A DNA stretch of 40,772 bases from Coniocarpon cinnabarinum. Its lineage: Eukaryota. A program made the translations under genes and the position numbers. Positions 35,353 to 40,772 of this stretch are shown here, one piece after another. The stretch is taken from assembly GCA_051942205.1 (NCBI GenBank), contig JAVECO010000077.1, positions 62,001 to 102,772 on the forward strand. The letters are read 5' to 3'. Numbering within the stretch: position 1 is the first letter of the stretch; each line of letters opens with the position of its first letter. The notes under the pieces were generated by a model. The model did no database searches, was not told the DNA's origin, and was given only the letters and a program-made list of their open reading frames with translations.

Positions 35353-36793
35353 ATGCCTGCCAAAGACAAATACACCGATCCTGAGCTCCGCGACCAAGTC
35401 AAGCAGGAGATCCAAGACTCCGACAAAGGGGGCGCTCCGGGCCAATGGTCCGCTCGCAAAGCGCAGTTTATGGCGCAGGAATATAAGAAGCGCGGCGGGT
35501 CTTACAACACTGACAAAGAAACTGGTATGTCCATTCCCCATCCATCCCTTACCGTACCGCGATCTGTCCCTCCAATCCCAAACCTTGATCTCCCCTCCTC
35601 TACATTCCTCACCACCTGCTTCGAGCTTCCCTGCTGTTGCTGCTCCTTTTGCTACGGGTTGTAGATACTCGTGCTAGCAGTAAGGGCTTGACTAACGAAC
35701 ATAACAAGGCCAAGACGACTCCCAAAAGAACCTCTCCAAATGGACAGAAGAAGAATGGCAAACGAAAGAAGGCTCCGGCCACGCCGCCAAAGAAGACGGA
35801 ACACAGAAGCGGTACCTCCCCAAAATGGCGTGGGAACAGATGAGCGACGCCGAGAAGGAAGCCACCGACCAGAAAAAGCAGGACGAGTCGAAAGAGGGGA
35901 AGCAATTCGTGGGAAATACCGAGAATGCAAAGGGCGCTAGGCAGCAGGCGAATGCTGAAGAACATGAGGAGTTTGAGTCGAAGAAAGAAGAGCAGGCTCA
36001 GAAGAAAGGTGGCAAGGGGCAGGACGAGGCGCAAGGGAAGGGGCAAGGAGCGGGTCAGAGTAAGGGGAAGAGTGGGGGTGGCAGTGCGAATAAGGGAAAG
36101 AGTAGTGGGAACAAAAGTAAAGGGCAAAAGGAAGACGAAGAGGAGGACGCACTCGCCGAAGAACAAGAAGGCGACGACGATGGCATCGTCGACGATGATG
36201 ACGAAGGTGAAGAAGACGAGGAATTCGTCGATGACGACGATGTCGAGGACGATGACGAAGACGCTGACATGGTTGAGGATGACGAAGACGATAAAGCTGC
36301 CATTAACGGCGATGCGAATGGCGACGCTGAAGAAAAAGGAACTCGTGGTCAGAAGCGAGGTCGTCCCTCCAAATCTCAAGACACTTCCAAGAAGCAAAAA
36401 ACCAACTCCTCTTCCTCAAAGTCAACTTCCAACAAGAAGAAGCAGCAGAACGGCGATGATAACCAGGATGATGAAGAAGAAGAAGATGACGAGCAAGAAG
36501 AGCCCCAGAATGAAGCACAAAAAAAGGGAAAGATGGGAAGTAAACATGACGACCCCTCGCTTCCAGCACCACCCGGCAGTGCGACCCGTCTCCCCAAAGT
36601 GGGTCAACGCGTCACATGGAAAGCGATGCCCGGATGGGTCCACGGGGAGGTGATTGAAGTTGTGAAAGAGGAAAAGGATGTAGAGGGCCAGCATATCAAG
36701 GGCTCGGAGAAGAGTCCGAGACTTGCTTTACGCGCGGAGAGTGGGAAGGTGTGTCAGCATAAGCTTGAGACCACTTATTTCGAGGATGCGTAG
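35353..36793 (+). CDS. DUF5872-like N-terminal domain + acidic/basic linker + Hva1-type TUDOR domain, ~418 aa
   Basis: Exons 35353-35524 and 35709-36793. Motifs KYTDPELR..KGGAPGQWSARKAQFMAQEYKKRGGSY, LSKWTEEEWQTKEG, KRYLPKMAW and GKQFVGNT; C-terminal KVGQRVTWK..GEVIEV..ESGKVCQHK. Confidence 0.8.
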
Positions 36794-36957
36794 GGTTCCA
36801 TCTTGGAATGAAGTGAATCAGGGAGCAAAGGGGGAGAGAGTGTTGCGCTCGATATGATAGGTCAAGGGGATGTATGGGAGATGTTCGGGCTTTCGAGTAC
36901 GATGTTGGGCGCTTTTATGAGGAGAAGAAGAGTCTCAGCCGATCGGAGCGATGAAGC

Positions 36958-37629
36958 TCAACGCTCACAAAATGTACGAGTGCTTGAACATGGGCCATTT
37001 ATCGTGCGCCGGAGAGGATATGTGACAATCTGTTGCGCAAAGGGGTCGATGGCGAGCGATGCGATGAAGATGATTGCGCCCACAACTGAGAGTGGTCTTC
37101 CCAAGTCAGTATTAGCCAGGAGCTCTGGGAAATGCACGTTATGCGTTCCAATTCCGTAGCATACTGGAGTGCTTTGTGCGGTCCGATACAAAAGGTGAAT
37201 TAACAGTGCTGATGGCACTCACGCTCCAAAACCAAGTCGCAGCAACTTCAGACAGCCCCAAGCTCCTCTGCTCGCTTCATCAAACGCCTCAAAATCCGCA
37301 AGTGTTCGCGCCTTCTCGAACCTGAGCCACTTCAGCTGTCCCAAGACGCTTACTAGTGGCACCATAAGTGAAGCTCTTGCGAACGCGGTCAACACAGCTA
37401 TCACAGCGTTCAACGTGACATGACCAGGCCAATTGGGCACCGGCTTGTCCTGATGCCTGTCAAGAACTACAATGAGGGCGACTAGACATCCAGTACTGAT
37501 AAGCCAAGCCGAGAACTCTTGCAGCCAGAGCGACTCGATGTGATAGCATATCCTATTGTACTGTGTGCGGTAGCGTTCCTTGTTGAAAACCCTCGTCCCG
37601 GAAGTAGGTAACGGTGGTTGCTTAGGCAT
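36958..37629 (-). CDS. DUF3176-family membrane protein, apparently C-terminally truncated (~181 aa)
   Basis: Exons 37629-37223 and 37096-36958. Motifs WLQEFSAW, TLNAVIAVL, LGQLKWLRF, LADFEAFDEASRGAWG and LAIDPFAQQIVTY, followed by an early stop. Confidence 0.75.
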
Positions 37630-38226
37630 TGCACTCAGATCCTAATGATTGAGGAGCACAATCTTAGCATACAAGACATTCTGAGTGATGGAACGAACTT
37701 TAAGAATGAGCCTCGTGGCTCAGCGCTGGTGGGCGATCGTCGAACGGAGTTGAACTGAAGGCATATTCTTGCCTGTGAGGTGCCGACACAGCCCCTTGGA
37801 AAGAGCTCAGCCTTAGCGCAGTGGAGAGATGCAGCACTTGCAGGATACATTTTTGAGGTACAATAGTGCCTTCAACGCGAGCTAGAATGAAGTTCACTGC
37901 GCTATCATCTTTTCTTACCTGAGCCACCATTCCTCATGGCATGGCAAGACCGTGCGTGAATCTAGTCAGACCATGGAAAAAGCACTGAAAGCTGCGCTGA
38001 AAAGCGAATGGAGACCTCGTAGTAGGTTTGATTTGAAGAGGCGCTGTTTTGAAGTGGAGGGAGGTCTTAGCTAGTGCACAACCTCTTCTAATATGTGAAA
38101 CCTACCTAGTCACCTGACATTGTGGCTGCAGCAAGAGAGAGAAGGTACCACCGAGTAGCTTCCCTCGCAGGGAGCAAATCTCTTCGAAGGCCGTGTTCCT
38201 CTCCTGTACAAATTCCAAGCTCAGCC

Positions 38227-39504
38227 TCAAGCGATCGGGCTCCACTCGCAAGGCACCAAAATCCTCGACTGCATCTCCTGAATCAGCGGCACCGTCTTGT
38301 GTACCGTATCGCCCCACCCCTCAATCGCCCAACTCTGCTCCCTCCGCACCTTTCGCTCCTCTAAATTCGCAAATTGCCACAGATGATGCACCGTGTTAAG
38401 ATCACCAATCTGTACAAACCACGCCCCAACACCTTCCATGACCTGCTTCCGTGCATCTAAACCTTTGCGCCAGTGCGTCTCCCATTCTAGTAGGTTACCT
38501 GGGTGCAGCTTGTAGGAGCGGAGCTCAAACAGACCGCCTAAGGTGCGAGGTGGTGAGGTGGGCCAGAAGGAGAACTCTTGCATCAGGGAGAGGTGCTTAT
38601 GCGTGATGAGGTTGGAAAGCTTGGAGGCGTAGGCGGGGTAGTCCGGGTGTTGGGAAAGATGGTTGAGTGAAGAGTGGAAGCCGTGGTAGCGTTCGTATTC
38701 CCAGATGTGGACTGCGAGCAATAATTAGTTAGAGCATTGGTATCAAGCGGCATGACAGCATCTTCCGCCAGACAAAATTGGGTTTCGAGGGAAGACTGAA
38801 CCGAGAGTGTGCTCACCAAAAGTATCCGCATCGCCCACCTCCGTCCGCCAGCTTCCAACTAACTTGACCTTGTTGCTTGGATCATTCGCCGCACGAGGAT
38901 AAAAGTTGCCGATCAACTCCGTGTACTCATCCACCCTGTCTGGCTTCACAGTATGAAACGTAATACTGTGCACGTATTTCCCTCTCGCAAGCACCTGACT
39001 GAAGCTCTGCTCTAGCTCCTTCTCATGGAGCCGGCCCTCTTCAGTCCCATGAATGAGCCGACTCACCATGCTCTGCCTGCGTTTCTCCTTGGCGCCATTC
39101 TCGCTGGATGAAGGGGCACTGGAGGTTTCATGGGCGGCGCGTGCGGCCTCGCGGGCCTCTCCTAGAATAGTGGGTGAGTTGAGGGCCTGTTCAACAGTTT
39201 GGGCTTTGGCGGAGGCAAGTTCTTCCGCGTCTGAAGCAGCAGTAGCAGTATTGTCAGTGGTGGGACTCTTACGGTCTCTTTGAGCTCTGTGTGCCCGCAG
39301 ATGCTCCCGGAATTGTGCTTGGGCGTCTTCAAACGAGCCGGCATTTGTTGCGGTGACGTCCGTTAGAGATGGAGTCTTGCAGGTAGGGAGCGTGGTGGTA
39401 AAGGCCCGGACAGGAGTAGCAGAGGGCGTGAAGAGGGTGGGAGAGGAGCGTTTGTGAGCAAAACGCCGGATGAGCCGGGCGCTGGAGCTTGCAGACTGCG
39501 TCAT
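38227..39504 (-). CDS. Mitochondrial NIPSNAP-family protein, ~390 aa
   Basis: Exons 39504-38817 and 38711-38227. Presequence-like N-terminus; motifs SFSQVLARGKYVH, KLVGSWRTEVGDADTFVHIWEY, LFELRSYKLHPGNLLEWE and GAWFVQIGDLNTVHHLWQF. Confidence 0.93.
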
Positions 39505-39986
39505 ATTGACTGAGAGGTACCGTAGTGCTTGATGCAAAGAGGAAAGCCGCACTTGCTGTACAGTCCACGCTCGTGAATGGGTTCAGTCCTGTGAATGGGA
39601 GAGAATGTCAATTGAAGTTGGTCAGAGTCAGGCCAAGACGCATAGACCAGGCCTGACAAGGATGGGCCGAGCAGGTGTGGATATGTGAGGGGTACGCGGG
39701 TTGCAGGAGCTGGTACTGCTACTGCTGCTTCAGACGGGAGTGTGGCACAGATCACTGTGAGGGAGCAACCGCGCCAGGGAGGTACCTGTTCACTGGCAGC
39801 CTAGGTCGTTGGGGGTTAGTATGACTGAGACAGCAGCCGGAGAGTGGACAGAATCGTATGAGCTGCAGAGGGAGGATGGGTTTCCCCGCAGTGAATGCAC
39901 GCGACTCTGGTCGAAAGGGTGCAAGTCAGGTACTTCCAAGCAGGTAGCTAAAGAAGCTCGGACGAAGTGAAGGAGCCCCTCAATAG

Positions 39987-40019
39987 TCAGGCAGGAATCA
40001 GGCAGGAATCAGGCAGGAG
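39987..40019. repeat. 11-bp tandem repeat x3 (TCAGGCAGGAA)
   Basis: tcaggcaggaa tcaggcaggaa tcaggcaggag in the divergent intergenic region. Confidence 0.85.
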
Positions 40020-40143
40020 CTCGAGTCAGGTAGTGGGAAGCTAGCTAGATCGTTAATCGATAACGAGGTGCATATGCCCGACATTTTCTATAGCAAAAGA
40101 GCAAGACGATCTCCGTCTGAGCCTTGACCTTGACGCCGCAGAC

Positions 40144-40772
40144 ATGGCTACGAACGGAACCGGCGCTCCGCTCACCTACGTCTCCTCCGCCGACGCGCAT
40201 CCGACACCCTCGCGCTCCCTCCCTCCAGAAGTAATAACCTGTCTTAAAAATGCCCGCTTTGTACGTCCTCCACCACCGCTACCACACGCGCCCTCACTAA
40301 TACTCTTTTCACCAGCTCCATCTCGCAACCTGCACCGCCGAAGTCCCCCACATCTCCCTAATGAACTACACCTACCTCCCCTCCTCCCCCTTCAGCCCAC
40401 ATCCGCACATCGTCATGACCTCTCAACCCTCCTCAAAGAAGACCTCAAACCTCCTCAGTAACCCGCGCGTCGCCCTCCTAGTCCACGACTGGGTGTCTCA
40501 CCGGCCTCCAACCACCACCGCCAATCCCTCATCCGAAACCTCACCGCCCGCGGAAGAAACAAGCTCACTTGCGACATTATTACTGAATATGAATACATCG
40601 GCGTTGAGTCGGATTAGTGTTGCGATCAATGGAGAGGCGCGCGTGGTTGAACGGGAAAGCGAGGAGGAGGTTTGGTGTAAGGAGGCGCATTTGCGGAATA
40701 ATACGTTTCGGGATGGTGATGAAGGGAGAGAAGCGTTACGGGGTAGTTCACCGGCGGATGGGGGTGGTGAAG
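40144..40772 (+). CDS. Pyridoxamine 5'-phosphate oxidase-like FMN-binding split-barrel protein (YLR456W/YPR172W-like), 3' partial
   Basis: Exons 40144-40260 and 40316 to the window end. LPPEVITCLKNARF-LHLATC..PHISLMNYTY..SKKTSNLLSNPRVALLVHDWVSHRPP..ISVAINGEAR. Confidence 0.88.

Noticed and set aside
35609..36694. Long hydrophobic or Ser-rich antisense ORFs and the +1-frame ORF 35925-36653
   Set aside because: Shadows of the GAA/GAC/AAG-rich linker of the DUF5872-Hva1 gene.
1..40772. Transposon, CRISPR array, tRNA/rRNA or secondary-metabolite cluster
   Set aside because: No transposase/RT motifs, terminal repeats, spacer arrays, cloverleaf boxes or PKS/NRPS/terpene genes seen. The neighbouring genes are functionally unrelated housekeeping genes.

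Overview
Gene-dense, intron-containing nuclear DNA from a filamentous ascomycete (Pezizomycotina). The evidence is short GT..AG introns with CTRAY branch points and fungal-type orthologues. About 20 protein-coding genes can be reconstructed by hand. The recognisable ones are PXMP4, an MCT-type MFS transporter, a PPPDE/LRAT-like permuted papain-fold protein, DUF6601, STT3, PTA1, COA3 (only its 3' exon appears in the ORF track), NOC4, ATP4, an aquaporin, a PA-TM-RING E3 ligase, an EI24/Rrt8-like protein, a DUF5872+Hva1-TUDOR protein, a truncated DUF3176 gene, NIPSNAP and a partial PNPOx-like gene. I found no rRNA, tRNA, CRISPR array or recognisable transposon. Three candidates are unusual. (1) A predicted N-myristoylated permuted papain-fold enzyme ends in an alternating Q-X (QMQMQ) prion/amyloid-like tail. 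(2) A ~990-codon spliced reading frame is broken by a single in-frame TAG, which could reflect a nonsense allele, readthrough or A-to-I recoding. (3) A ~1023-aa orphan secreted or membrane protein carries internal helical repeats and triple PPKSPLR motifs. All family assignments come from motif recall, not database searches.
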